Positions 1-10,771 of a stretch of DNA of 35,991 nt are shown in pieces (position 1 is the stretch's first letter; each line of letters starts with the position of its first letter). The notes below the pieces were generated by a model. That model was not told the DNA's origin, did no database searches, and saw nothing but the letters and a program-made list of their open reading frames with translations. The position numbers and the translations under genes were made by a program. Source of the DNA: Phoronis australis (taxonomy: Eukaryota; Animalia; Phoronida); contig NMRA01000428.1 of NCBI GenBank assembly GCA_002633005.1, forward strand, positions 359,814 to 395,804, in the 5' to 3' direction.

Positions 1-1440
1 AAGTTATTGTACAGGATAACGTTTTTGACCTTCACTCAAACAACGACTAGCAAAGGCAAAGGGTCTATCAGTTCAAAGCCTCCGACTCCTGATATAACAC
101 GGCACCTAACGACGTCATACTGGCGTCAGTGCACCGAAAACGGCTGCGTAAAGTCAGCAAATGCCAGCACCAGGCTACTCGTGCACCTGCGGTTAAGTTC
201 GTCAAAAGCATACTGTTCTTTAACAAACAAACAGTCTATTAGAGGTATCAGAAGAATTACGTTTACGACCAGTTACTCCTTTTGTAAGTGCATGAAGTGG
301 CTGAGCAATTGATGCAAGGTCTTGAATAAAGCGACGGTAAAACCCCCCGAAACCCAAAAAACTTTGCAAGTCTTTCGCACACTTTGGAAGAGGCCAATCC
401 AAGGCAACCGCTATCTTCACCCCGGGGATCACGTTCAACCCCTTGTTGAGAAATCACGTGACCCAAATACACAGTTCGCTGCTTGAAGAACTCACATTTT
501 GACACCGTACTCACGTACGCGTTGAAACACAACAGTCCCCCATACACATTTCCATCACTCGTTGAAACGTTGCAGGAGCATTTGTTAACCCAAACGGAAG
601 TCTATTGCACTCGTGAATCCGAGTGGACCTACAGTGAATGTCGTTTTATGTTTATCTTCCTCTGCTATATCTACCTGCCAATAAGCAGATTTCATGTCAA
701 GACTGAGATAAAAAATATTGCGAAAAATGGACGCCATGCAAATTTTCAGTGGTGCGAGGCAAAGCATAAGCATCCTTTACCGTGATCTCATTCAATTTAC
801 GAAAATCTAAGCAAAATCGCGACTCTCCAGGTTTCTTACGTACTAAGACAATACTTGAAGCATATGGGCTAGTGGACGGTCTGATAACCCCCAGTTGCAC
901 CATTTCCTTTAAGTGTGCTCTGGGAGAAATAGAGCGGTGTAGGTGCTTAAAAGGGGCATCGCTTGTCAAATGTATGTTGAACCTGAGTAACATGACCAAG
1001 ATCCAACTCATTCTGCGCAAATATATCACGATATTCATTGAGTAAGCTTACCACTCGGGCGCACTGCTCCATACCTAAATCTGGGTTTATTCTGAACTCA
1101 CCAGAATTCTCAGCTGAATCAGAACACGGAATTTCAGCTGCCATCTGATCCTGCACCGGTACCACGCTGCAGATGCTTGAACCAGCCGGAACCGTAACAG
1201 ACTTACAAACCACATTCCTGACTCGAACAGGAATCGTATGATCCTCAGGCTTAATCTCATGCAACGTGGACCATACGTGCAAGTTACTACGAAGTGACAG
1301 TGACACTCTTTGGTGACAACCTGTAAACTGCATGTATAAGATGTACATGGGTTAGCACAAATACAAGAATCAACTAATTGGGAAATCCCAGGCGGAATGG
1401 TAACAGGTTTGTCAGTCTTAACTACGCTTGGAAGAGAGGT
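1..1440 (-). pseudogene. pol: Degenerate Ty3/Gypsy LTR-retrotransposon pol fragment (protease-RT linker, reverse transcriptase, start of RNase H)
   Basis: Frameshifted minus-strand pieces give canonical Gypsy motifs: LKEMVQLGVIRPSTSPYASSIVLVRKKPGESRFCLDFRKLN..TVKDAYALPR (697-1038); LDMKSAYWQVDIAEEDKHKTTFTVGPLGF; RLPFGLTNAPATFQRVM; KCEFFKQRTVYLGHVIS; DWPLPKCAKDLQSFLGFGGFYRRFI; then AFADFTQPFSVHTDAS..LGAVLYQ (RNase H) near 80-170. Multiple stops and frameshifts; continues off the left edge. Confidence 0.95.
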
Positions 1441-2181
1441 TTAGTTCTGTTACACATGATAACGCTCAATTTCATATAGGCAAAGGAAGGAAGCACCCTT
1501 CTCCTAAGCCTGTCGCTAGCGAAGCGCCCGCGACATACTGTCAGAGATTGACTGTGGGTTTCTTTAAGATTGTGCAAAGATGGAGAGTGAATAATCAAAT
1601 CCAGTAATTAATTTATTATATGATAACCCCTAATTAGACAAATGAAACCTAATGTTAATTAAGTAATCAATTACAGAGATTAACTACGCGAGCGCCCTCT
1701 TTAAAGACTACTTTAATCAAGCAACCAAAACAATCAAATGTCTTGTCTGTTATCCAAGCCAGGACTCCCCACTTGTTGGATGTCTGTCCTGTTGGTGAAT
1801 CTCCGAACTACACACACTGTATAACGACAATGTACTTGCTGGTCATCGTCTCTGGTGATGCAATACTTGCAAGCAATTGACCAATCGCAAGCTCCGCCCT
1901 TATGCGAAAAGCCACGCGATACCCGACATTCGAGCGGGATGTCAGAGGCAAATACACTGTCGCTAAACGACGTTCCTGGTGGAATCGATGAGTCTTTTTC
2001 CACTATTTGAAAACGCGTCGACAGAGACAAGAGGCGATGCTTTTCCACAGTGAATCGTACGTTCATGATATGGGAATTTATAAAGGTGACGATGAAAAAA
2101 TAAGTGCTCGAGGACCCAACAAAAATCCGAAGAACCCCTCGGCCTCGGGGCCACCTTCACCTGACAAATGACAAGGCCACT

Positions 2182-2830
2182 NNNNNNNNNNNNNNNNNNN
2201 NNNNNNNNNNNNNNNNNNNNNNNNNNNNNNNNNNNNNNNNNNNNNNNNNNNNNNNNNNNNNNNNNNNNNNNNNNNNNNNNNNNNNNNNNNNNNNNNNNNN
2301 NNNNNNNNNNNNNNNNNNNNNNNNNNNNNNNNNNNNNNNNNNNNNNNNNNNNNNNNNNNNNNNNNNNNNNNNNNNNNNNNNNNNNNNNNNNNNNNNNNNN
2401 NNNNNNNNNNNNNNNNNNNNNNNNNNNNNNNNNNNNNNNNNNNNNNNNNNNNNNNNNNNNNNNNNNNNNNNNNNNNNNNNNNNNNNNNNNNNNNNNNNNN
2501 NNNNNNNNNNNNNNNNNNNNNNNNNNNNNNNNNNNNNNNNNNNNNNNNNNNNNNNNNNNNNNNNNNNNNNNNNNNNNNNNNNNNNNNNNNNNNNNNNNNN
2601 NNNNNNNNNNNNNNNNNNNNNNNNNNNNNNNNNNNNNNNNNNNNNNNNNNNNNNNNNNNNNNNNNNNNNNNNNNNNNNNNNNNNNNNNNNNNNNNNNNNN
2701 NNNNNNNNNNNNNNNNNNNNNNNNNNNNNNNNNNNNNNNNNNNNNNNNNNNNNNNNNNNNNNNNNNNNNNNNNNNNNNNNNNNNNNNNNNNNNNNNNNNN
2801 NNNNNNNNNNNNNNNNNNNNNNNNNNNNNN
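2182..2830. other. Assembly gap (649 N)
   Basis: Run of N. The paralogous stretch in copy 2 (about 4536-4870) suggests the true size is nearer 335 bp. Confidence 0.99.
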
Positions 2831-2871
2831 CTAGGGCTGTGTCTAAGTCAGTCAAGTTAATGTCTGGAACT

Positions 2872-3187
2872 CAGTGTCGAATCTAGGATACCACAAGGGG
2901 GGTCCAACATGTTGCCTCGTGGAATTGGGCAAAGTGCAATTGTATGTACACAGGCGGCCCGAAAGTTGCAGGGGCCTGGGATGCAGACCTTTGAACCTTC
3001 TGTTCAGAAAATCTATCGGTGGACTAAAAAAAACAGGAATACGATTCCGCCGCGATCTGGGGTCTGAACCCCCCTCTTCCGCTACCGGTCCTAGTTACTG
3101 AACTCAATATTTCCTCACGCTTCACGCTCTTGCTGTTTCATTTTGCTTGGGGGGGCTGGGGCCCCTGCCCCCCTAAATCCGCCTGTG
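2872..3187. mobile_element. MITE nested in the ISL2EU-like element (5-bp TSD, hAT5-like); right-truncated counterpart starts at 4908
   Basis: Left end CAGTG(G/T)CG(G/A)ATCTAGG, right end CCTAAATCCGCCTGTG. GAATT follows 3187, GAACT precedes 2872, and GAATT precedes the copy at 4908. Internal GGACTAAAAAAAAC motif is shared with the CATGCGCGCACCCAG MITEs. Confidence 0.6.
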
Positions 3188-3921
3188 GAATTGTCCGTTT
3201 GTACCATTACTGAGACATTTAAATTAGGCCTACCTTCTTATGAACTTGGCATTTTTTGTAGTTTCGTTCCATAAAGGTAGCTTTCATCTAATTTTGAAGG
3301 TAGCATGATCACTGAGTCGTGGTATGGTTAAAAAGATTACAAGTCTGGTGTGGTAGTTGCAAAAATAGGGTATTTATAAAAATAACTCAAATTCTATTTT
3401 AAAGCTTCATAAATCTAAATATCATGTTTGAACAACTTCAAAATGAGCTCTCTCTAACTCTACAGACATAGTGTATACTAGAGGTACACGTCAAAAAGTA
3501 ACTAAAGAGCTCGACCAAGGCTTCGAGTTCCTGCAGTAATCCAGTGCCCTACCCTGTGCCGATCGAATCTCGAATTTTGACCGGGAGAGAAGTTCAGTTG
3601 AACGCCAGCTTACGGTTTATGAATAACAAAAATGTACCTCTGATACGAAACAAAATAATGTCCATTAGATTGAAATAAATAAAAACATGAAATAAAAATG
3701 TCATCGAAAACAATAATTTCCGGGGACTACCGACGAGATCCAGCAGGTGCCGAGACAAAAGAGGTCAGACGTAGCAAATTTGGGAGTCAAAATCTGAGAT
3801 AGCCCTGCACCATAGCAATGACCAAGCTGAAAAGTGCGTATCTTGGAACTAATTTATGTGTGTTTATTATAGCCTTCGAGTTATCAAGCAACATCTATAA
3901 GTTCAGCTGCTCGTGTTATGT

Positions 3922-4062
3922 GGCCGTACAGTTTGATCCATAGTTTACGCTTTCCAACATCATTTTTCGGCTTAGGACATGCGAAAAAATGACGGGATAT
4001 TATTCTGGAGCAGCCTAACGGCTGTCGGTGCTACGCACGTCATATCAACACAGTTTCCCCAT
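3922..4062 (-). pseudogene. THAP-like zinc-finger N-terminus of transposase (relic, copy 1)
   Basis: MGKLC*YDVRSTDSR...IF-ACPKPKNDVGKRKLWIKL, with stops and a frameshift; paralog of 5925-6070. Confidence 0.65.
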
Positions 4063-4289
4063 TCTTAGCGGACCATTTCTTGAGCTATAGACTAAAGTAA
4101 GTGTACTCGACTGCGTGTGGTTTGTTGGGTAAAATGGCGGCTTGGAAACGCAGACGAAGGTGTGCCAAGAATGCTGCGTTCTGATTAGTCAATTAAGCCA
4201 TCCGTCAAAATCCTGGCGATAGGTCAATTGACCTATCGCAATCTCCGCCCCCATGCGAAAAGTCACGTGATACCCGACAATCAAACGAG

Positions 4290-4561
4290 ATGTCAGAGGC
4301 AAATACACTGTCGGTAAAAGACGTTCCTGGTGGAATCGATGAGTGTTTTTGCACTATTTGAAAACGCTTCGACAGAGACAAGAGGCGATGCTTTTTAACA
4401 GAGAATCGTACGTTCATGATATGGGAATTTGTAAAGGTGACGATGAAAAAATAAGTGCTCAAGGAGCCAGCGAAATTCCGAAGAACCCCTCGGCCGCCTC
4501 GGGGCCACCTTCACCTGGCAAACGACAAAGCCACTGATACGATATGTTCATGTAAAGCTGG
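4290..4561 (+). pseudogene. N-terminal exon relic of the SWIM-finger (YqaJ-type) partner ORF of an ISL2EU-like element; paralog at about 1939-2181
   Basis: Frameshifted pieces: MSEANTLSVKDVPGG, AMLFNRESYVHD, HLHLANDKATDTICSCKAG. The CSCxAG first half of a SWIM motif is followed directly by a GTATGT splice-donor-like sequence at 4562. Confidence 0.55.
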
Positions 4562-5473
4562 GTATGTATCTGTACGTTTTCATAGATTTCATGATCTTTC
4601 GGATAAAAGCAGTGAAGATTCACCGATATTTTATTTGTCGTCTGCTAAATTTCTCCAAGTGAAAAGTAGGTCACAACTGGTGGTACTCCTGGAGTAAAGT
4701 AGGTCATAGATTACAGACAACACATGCACTATAGTCTCTGACTAGGTCGACTCGATAGCACTGTTTACGCTTTTCTAATCTTGTAACGAAATATTTTGAT
4801 AAAAAAATTCAGGTTCATAGCTCAGGTACACACTCGTCTCGTCCTAGGGAAACAGTTAGCTCCGATAGGTCTAGGGGTGTGTCTAAGTCAAATTAATGTC
4901 CGGAATTCAGTGGCGGATCTAGGATACCACGGGGGGCAACATATGTTGTCTCGTGGAATTGGGCAAAGTGCGATTGTATGTGCACAGGCGGCCCGAAAGT
5001 TGCAGGGGCCATGGATGAAGACCGTTGGACCTTCTGTTCAGAAAATCTATCAGTGGACTAAAAAAAAACAGGAACACGATTCCGCTGCGATCTGTGGTCT
5101 GAGCCTCCCTCTTCCGCTACCGGTCCTAGTTACTGAACTCAACATTTCCTCACGCTTCACTCTCTTGCTGTTTCATTTTGCTTGCGGCAGCCGTTTGCAC
5201 CATTAAGACATTTAAATTAGGCCTACCTTCTTATGAAACTTGGCATTTTTGTAGTTTCATTCCATAATGGTAGCTTTCAATTAATTTTAAAGGTAGCATG
5301 ATCACTAAGTCGTGGTATGGTTACAAAAGATTACAAGTCTGGTGTGGTAGTTGCAAAAATAGGGTATTTACAAAAATAACTCAAATTCTTTTTTAAAACC
5401 TCATAAATCTAAATATCATGTTTGAACAACTTCAAAATGAGCTCTCTCTAATAATAGACCGGCAGCCCAGAGC

Positions 5474-5487
5474 NNNNNNNNNNNNNN
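5474..5487. other. Assembly gap (14 N)
   Basis: Run of N inside a segment that differs between the two element copies. Confidence 0.99.
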
Positions 5488-5924
5488 ACCTTCTAAAAGT
5501 ATTTCAACAGTTTATTTTTAGTGACAACAGCTCGACCAAGGCTTTGAGTTCCGGCAGTAATCCAGTGCCCTTCCCTGTGCCGATCGAATCTCTGAATTTT
5601 GACCGGGAGAGAAGTTCATTTGAACGCCAGCCTACGGTTTATGAATAACAAAAATGTACCTCTGATACGAAACAAAATAATGTCCATCAGGTTGAAATAA
5701 ACAAAAAAAAAACAAAACAAAATAGAAATGTGCTTGAAAACAACAATTTCCGGGGACTACCGCTAGAGTGCTGAGATCCAGCAGGTGCCGAGACAAAGGC
5801 GGCCAGACGTACGAAACTCGGGAGTCAAAATCTGAGATAGCCCTGCACCATAGCTACCAAGCTGAAAAGTGCGTATCTTGGAACTAATATGTTTGTGTTA
5901 ATTATAGCCTTCGAGCTGCTCGTG

Positions 5925-6070
5925 TAGCCGTACATGTACAGTTTGATCTATAATTTACACTTTTCAATATCATTTTCGGCTTAGGACATGCCAAAAATGA
6001 CGGGATATTATTCTGAAGCAGCATAACGGCTGTCGGTGCTACAAACGCCATATCAACACCGTTTTCCCAT
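5925..6070 (-). pseudogene. THAP-like zinc-finger N-terminus of transposase (relic, copy 2)
   Basis: ATG at 6070: MGKRC*YGVCSTDSRYAASE*YPVIF-ACPKP-NDIEKCKL*IKL, matching the CxxxxC...F..FP(KP)...W THAP pattern of PHIS transposases. Confidence 0.7.
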
Positions 6071-6889
6071 TCTTAGCGGACAATTTCTTGAGCTATAGAC
6101 TAAAGTAAGTTTCACTCGACTACGTGTGGTTTGTCGGGTAAAATGGCCACTTGGAAACGCAGACGAAGGTGTGCCAAGAATTGGTCAATTAAGCCGTCCG
6201 TCATAATCCTGGCGATAGGTCAATTCTCAGCGTTAAACACATTTTCCATGGGCTTTGCAATAATTCTCCTAAAGATGCTTAAAATGCACCGGATAAGGTC
6301 AATTAGTGCAAAGGTCATGTAACGTTCAAAATGTTATATTTCTTACGTTTTTCAAGGAATTATTTTCAATTTCAGCACACTGGTGTAAGTCAACATGCCA
6401 AATGAATACCCTACATGTACTTTACTTCGCAAAAGGCCTAACCAATCAGAAAAAATAGGTCAAAGGTCATTGAGTGCAAACTTAAATTTTGAGCTAGACT
6501 TCAGAATTATGTATCTGTTTACTAAGTGCGATTGAGTTTGAATTCTAAATTTTCAGATAATTTGGTGCACCCATGGGGTCATTAGGTGCATTTTTTTCTG
6601 AAAGTTTGACCACTTCATTCAACAGTCACTGGATGGTGTAAAATACGTCAAATCCACCCGAAAACGGGAATATAACACCGTTTTTAAATAAAAAGATATT
6701 TGATAAAATTTCATAAAAATCCATCATGGAACTTTTGAGAAATATAGGAAAACGAAAAAGAAAAATGAAATTGCCACAAGGGCGCACAGCGTTCATCAGT
6801 TCCCTGTGAAAGTCGTCGTCTTCCGTAGTACATTTCGTATTAATACACTTGCTAAAATTTATAACGATCCTGTAGTGGCTTTAGGAGAA

Positions 6890-7850
6890 ATAGCTGATTT
6901 AAAACGAACAATAGTACCGCACTGAACACCGAATGACCATGACAGACAAATTGCACTCTGGAATAGGTCCGGCAGAAACCAAAAAAGACCCCCAAAAATG
7001 AGCTAGCACATACATTCGAGGTACCACACAAAACCAATTCCATGTGATTCAATACATGTGACAGATCACTAAAACCCCTATGACAGACAAAATACACTCT
7101 GGGTTGTGCCCGGCAGAAACCCCCAAAAATCTCAACCATGTTATGCCATCAAAAATTTGAGCTAGACTAGATTTTCGAGGTACCGGCCAAAACTGATTTG
7201 AAACGAACAATAATACCGCACTGAACACCAAATGACCCATGACAGAAAAATTGCACTCTGGAAACCAAAAAAGGACCCCCCAAAAATGAGCTAGCACATG
7301 CATACGAGGTACCACACAAAACCAATTCCATATAATTCAATACATGTCACAGATCACTAAATGCCCTATGTCAGACAAATTACGCTCTGGATTGTGCCCG
7401 GCAGAAACCCTAAAAAATTTCAACCACAATATGCCATCAAAAATTTGAGCTAGATAAGATTTTCGAAGTACGGGCCAAAACTGATTTTAAATGAACAATA
7501 GTACCGCACTGAACTCCAAATGACCCATGACAGGCAAATTGCGCTCTGGAATCGGTCCAGCAGAAACCAAAAAAGGAACCCCCCTAAAAATGAGCTAGCA
7601 CATACATTTGAGGTACCACACAAAACCAATTCCATGAGGTTCAATACATGTCACAGGTCAACAAATTGTGCTCTGGAAGGCGTTTGCCAGAAACTCAATG
7701 ACACCGTAAAAGAAGCTAGGTCATCATTCGGGGTACCACAATAAACAATTCCATGTGATTCAAATAGATGTTACTGGTGACCAAATACGCTATGACAGTT
7801 AAAACCCAGTGTGGGTTGTGCTCGCCAGGCCCAGAAATCTCAACTACCGG
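6890..7850 (+). repeat. Tandem array of a ~290-300 bp unit made of two related ~150-bp subunits (about 3 units, decaying at the right end)
   Basis: Units start with CTGATTT.AAA.GAACAATA.TACCGCACTGAAC at about 6894, 7193 and 7480. Both halves of each unit share ATGACAGACAAA.T.CACTCTGG...CCGGCAGAAACC...GAGCTAG...TTCGAGGTACC. Confidence 0.92.
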
Positions 7851-8346
7851 TCTACCGATTATATATGGCATATTAGATCATGAGCTTATACTTTTGCGTC
7901 TACTGAGCTCTCACACTGGATGTCAAATGAATGATGGTGGAGAGTAAGCATTTTGGAGAGTACCTGATAACAGTAAAACTTTGGGATACCAGAACTGTCT
8001 AAAACCAACCCACTTAGTAACGTTTAAGAACGCAGATTGTGTAAAATATAAAACGCTATCAAAACTGCCAGCAGAAAGGATACGTCAGCGATAACACATG
8101 GCCCCTAAATTTGCGCTAGATCGAGGAACCACGAAAATTATTTCCAAGGAGCCCTTTCATTTCATTGACTACTAAACAATACGTTGAAAGAAAAGTAACA
8201 GACGTGTTTTTAAAAACCTTTTTTAATCAAAATAAACTACATGAAATAGAGCAACACTTTCAAACAGCATAGTAACAGACAGTCAAAATCACTGTATCAA
8301 GCTACATACTATATGTTTAACGTCAATAGTAGTTTCCTGTTAGTTT

Positions 8347-8725
8347 TTAATACGTTTCAATATCAGATTCGTCACTGCTACTCCAGCTTGATTCGGGCTC
8401 GCTTGTTTCGTCATAGCCCATTTCCTTTACCTCTTGGTCGGCTTGGTTTTCTTGTAAAAGACCAGCACCTTCAAAAAGGACATCAGGAACGGCAGATCCA
8501 CAAAACCATTCGGGAGTATATTATCCATCTTGTACCTTCCAACCGTAGGCAAGGGGATCCAAACCGTTTCCTGGATCGGCCGAATCCACTTGGTCTCAGA
8601 GTAAGGCAACATAATGGGCTCGTTTGAGCTTGTTCAATAGTGTTTTCGGCAAGGAGGAAGCAATGCGCAGTCAATCTTCTTGATGTTGGACATCGGAGAA
8701 AGTTTTATTGACGAGGGACCAATTG
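8347..8725 (-). pseudogene. C-terminal part of an Academ-like transposase
   Basis: Translated by hand through a frameshift and stops: PMSNIKKIDCALLPPCRK-TLLNKLKRAHYVALL*DQVDSADPGNGLDPLAYGWKVQDG*YTPEWFCGSAVPDVLFEG...ESSWSSSDESDIETY* (stop at 8347). LPP...RA.Y.A..W...P...GW...P.W..G...P is the typical Academ C-terminal signature. Confidence 0.8.
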
Positions 8726-8756
8726 TCTAAACGCTGACGAACAAAAACATAAAACC

Positions 8757-8941
8757 CATGCGCGCACCCAGCCTCTAGTTTTGGGTGGGGCTCGAATTTC
8801 TGACCAAGTGGACCTTTTGCTAACAGAAAAGATGGAGGACTAAAAAAAACGGGATACCACCTTCAGTACTGTGAACTGCGCGTCTGCGCCTTTTTAGTGG
8901 ACTTTTGTCTCGTTTCCACGGACTGTTTGAAACTGGGCATT
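8757..8941 (+). mobile_element. MITE of the CATGCGCGCACCCAG family (right end degraded), inserted in the Academ-like relic
   Basis: Starts CATGCGCGCACCCAGCCTC. Internal GGGCTCGAATT..GTGGACCTTTTGCTAACA..GGACTAAAAAAAA..TTTAGTGGACTTTTGTC is shared with 21658-21897 and (inverted) 20205-20367. Confidence 0.75.
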
Positions 8942-9059
8942 TTGGTTTAACACTATGAAAACATTTAAAGTTATTTTCGTTGCTTTTATGAACTATATTT
9001 TATCAATTACAGTTATTACCTTGTTCATTTTTCCAGCCATCTCTATTAATTTCAGATAT

Positions 9060-9340
9060 CGGCGCTTCATTGACATCTTTGACTCCTCCCTTCATAAAAT
9101 ATGAGGAATATGTCTTCTAACTTTCTTCCGTCTTTGACATCTACGCTTATTAAGTCTGAGAAGAAGCTGATAAGTGTCCCATATGAGTCTTTCATCAGGA
9201 TTTCCAGAGGCCTTACTTTCCCTTTCCTAAACAGTGCTGCTGTGACGTCATACCCTGTCATTATATGCAATTTTCAGGCAATGCTGCAACGAGACCCCTT
9301 GTTACCGAAATGCATCGTTGTTTATATATTTATTTAAATA
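9060..9340 (-). pseudogene. Academ-like transposase, XPG/PIN-like H3TH segment
   Basis: ALP-LHIMTGYDVTAALFRKGKVRPLEIL matches the conserved LHAxTGCDxxSxFxxKGK motif of Academ transposases. Same strand as, and upstream of, the 8347-8725 fragment. Confidence 0.8.
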
Positions 9341-9799
9341 GCATTGGGACTCCGCCACGTGGCTGCGCACCAAATTAGGGGTGATTTGTATTTTATCACG
9401 GAAGACATTATGTCGACCATCGACAAATGACTCCGCGAAACTAAAACATTGCAAACACTATACACTACACTGAATTTCGACACCATGTAAAAATTTCTTC
9501 AAAAAGTTACATCTAGGCGAGTTAACTGTCTTACATCTTGACACCCGTCTGCTTTTCGCTTGTAGTGATCATGAGAGTAAACACAGGCTTTAGTGAACGA
9601 AAGTTTTTAATAATTAGTTTTTGTTTCCTGCGGTCCCGCTTTTTGCAGTTAACTTATTAAATACACAACTTTTGTCACCAATTGTGTACTTCGATTTTCG
9701 TGGTGCAATTTTTAATATCTTGTTGTCCAGTTGTTTGGATTTCCCACCCGAGTACTTGAACTAGCAGGGGAAAGCTGCATGAACGATTGTACCTCCATT

Positions 9800-10400
9800 T
9801 TTTAAGGTCCTTTCTGGGTTTTTTGGCAGACTATTTCCGAGTAAAATTTGTCTTTCACGAGTCATTGGGTTTTCAGTGCAGCACGATTGGTGGTTTTAAA
9901 TCAGTTTAAGCCGATACCTTGAAAATCGAACTGTCTCAAAAATGGCAAACCGTGGTTGAGATTTTTGAGGGTTTCTGCCAGGGACAATCCAGAGTGTATT
10001 TTGTCTGCCGGTCATAGGGCATTTAGTGACCTGTGACATGTATTGAATCTAATGTAATTGTTTTTGTGGTATCTCGAATGTATGTGCTAGCACATTTTTG
10101 GGGGTTCTTTTTTGGTTTCTGCCGGACCCATTCTAGAGTGCAGTTTGTCTGTCATGGGGCATTCAATGTTCAGTGCGGTACTATTGTTCGTTTTAATCAG
10201 TTTTGGCCGGTACCTCGAAGATCTAGTCTAGATCAAATTTTGGTGGCATACCGTGGTTGAGATTTTTGGGGGTTTCTGCCGGGCACAATCCAAAGTGTAT
10301 TTTGTCTGTCATAGGGGTTTTAGTGATCTGTGACATGTATTGAATCATACGGAATTGGTTTTTGTGTGGTACCTCGAATGTATGTGCTAGCTCATTTTTT
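9800..10400 (-). repeat. Inverted copy of the ~300-bp dimeric tandem array (about 2 units)
   Basis: For example 10182-10400 (TATTGTTCGTTTTAATCAGTTTTGGCCGGTACCTCGAA...GTGCTAGCTCATTTTT) is the reverse complement of the 6990-7215 segment. Degenerates toward 9800. Confidence 0.9.
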
Positions 10401-10771
10401 ATTTTGCAGAAGACCATCTTTGACATGGAGGTCGATCGTGAGGAGATTGAGCTTTCAAGTGAAAACAAGAATGATGTCACCAAAACATTGTTTCGACTTA
10501 GCTGGGGATTACCCATTTTGAAAACAGTTGCCACAAAATCCTGTCTGTACTTGACACGTGTATTGAAGATGTGAAAATAGCTTTAGATAAACTGTGACTT
10601 TTAAAGCTGGAATTGATGTTACAACTGTTACACAACTGGTATCACTTGATCAACCACTGAGTTGTGTTTTGAAGAAGATAATATTGATTTAGCACAGGTT
10701 GTTAGTTGGGTCTTTAATGGTTTAGTCTATCTTTATGTAGAGACTTATTTTGAAATGGTCCCAGTGTGCTG

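Larger units (their letters stand above)
1878..4226. mobile_element. Non-autonomous DNA transposon, ISL2EU-like (PHIS superfamily), copy 1
   Basis: TIRs TGACCAATCGC (1878) / GCGATAGGTCA (4226), flanked by AT at 1876-1877 and 4227-4228. Colinear with 4229-6222. Carries SWIM-like and THAP-like remnants on opposite strands. Length is inflated by the 649-N gap. Confidence 0.8.
4229..6222. mobile_element. Non-autonomous DNA transposon, ISL2EU-like (PHIS superfamily), copy 2 (1994 bp)
   Basis: Perfect 11-bp TIRs TGACCTATCGC (4229) / GCGATAGGTCA (6222), with AT on both sides (4227-4228, 6223-6224). An AT TSD is the established hallmark of ISL2EU elements. Confidence 0.82.

Noticed and set aside
2104-2886. 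Long ORFs of 230-260 aa in the ORF track (also 15268-15622)
   Set aside because: Made almost entirely of X from N-runs; artefacts of assembly gaps.
6230-6880. GGTCAAAGGTCA / GGTCATT.GTGCA motifs as nuclear-receptor response elements
   Set aside because: They sit next to transposon arrays and most likely belong to a repeat; no linked gene supports a regulatory call, and I could not define the element's ends.
6852-7744. Short ORFs with recurring FVCHG/GTSNVCASSF peptides (also 10033-10574, 16046-16249)
   Set aside because: Translations of the tandem array; frames are not preserved between units.
6890-7850. Possible CRISPR-like repeat-spacer array
   Set aside because: The sequence between conserved blocks is itself repeated (A/B dimer) rather than unique spacers; no cas genes; eukaryotic context.
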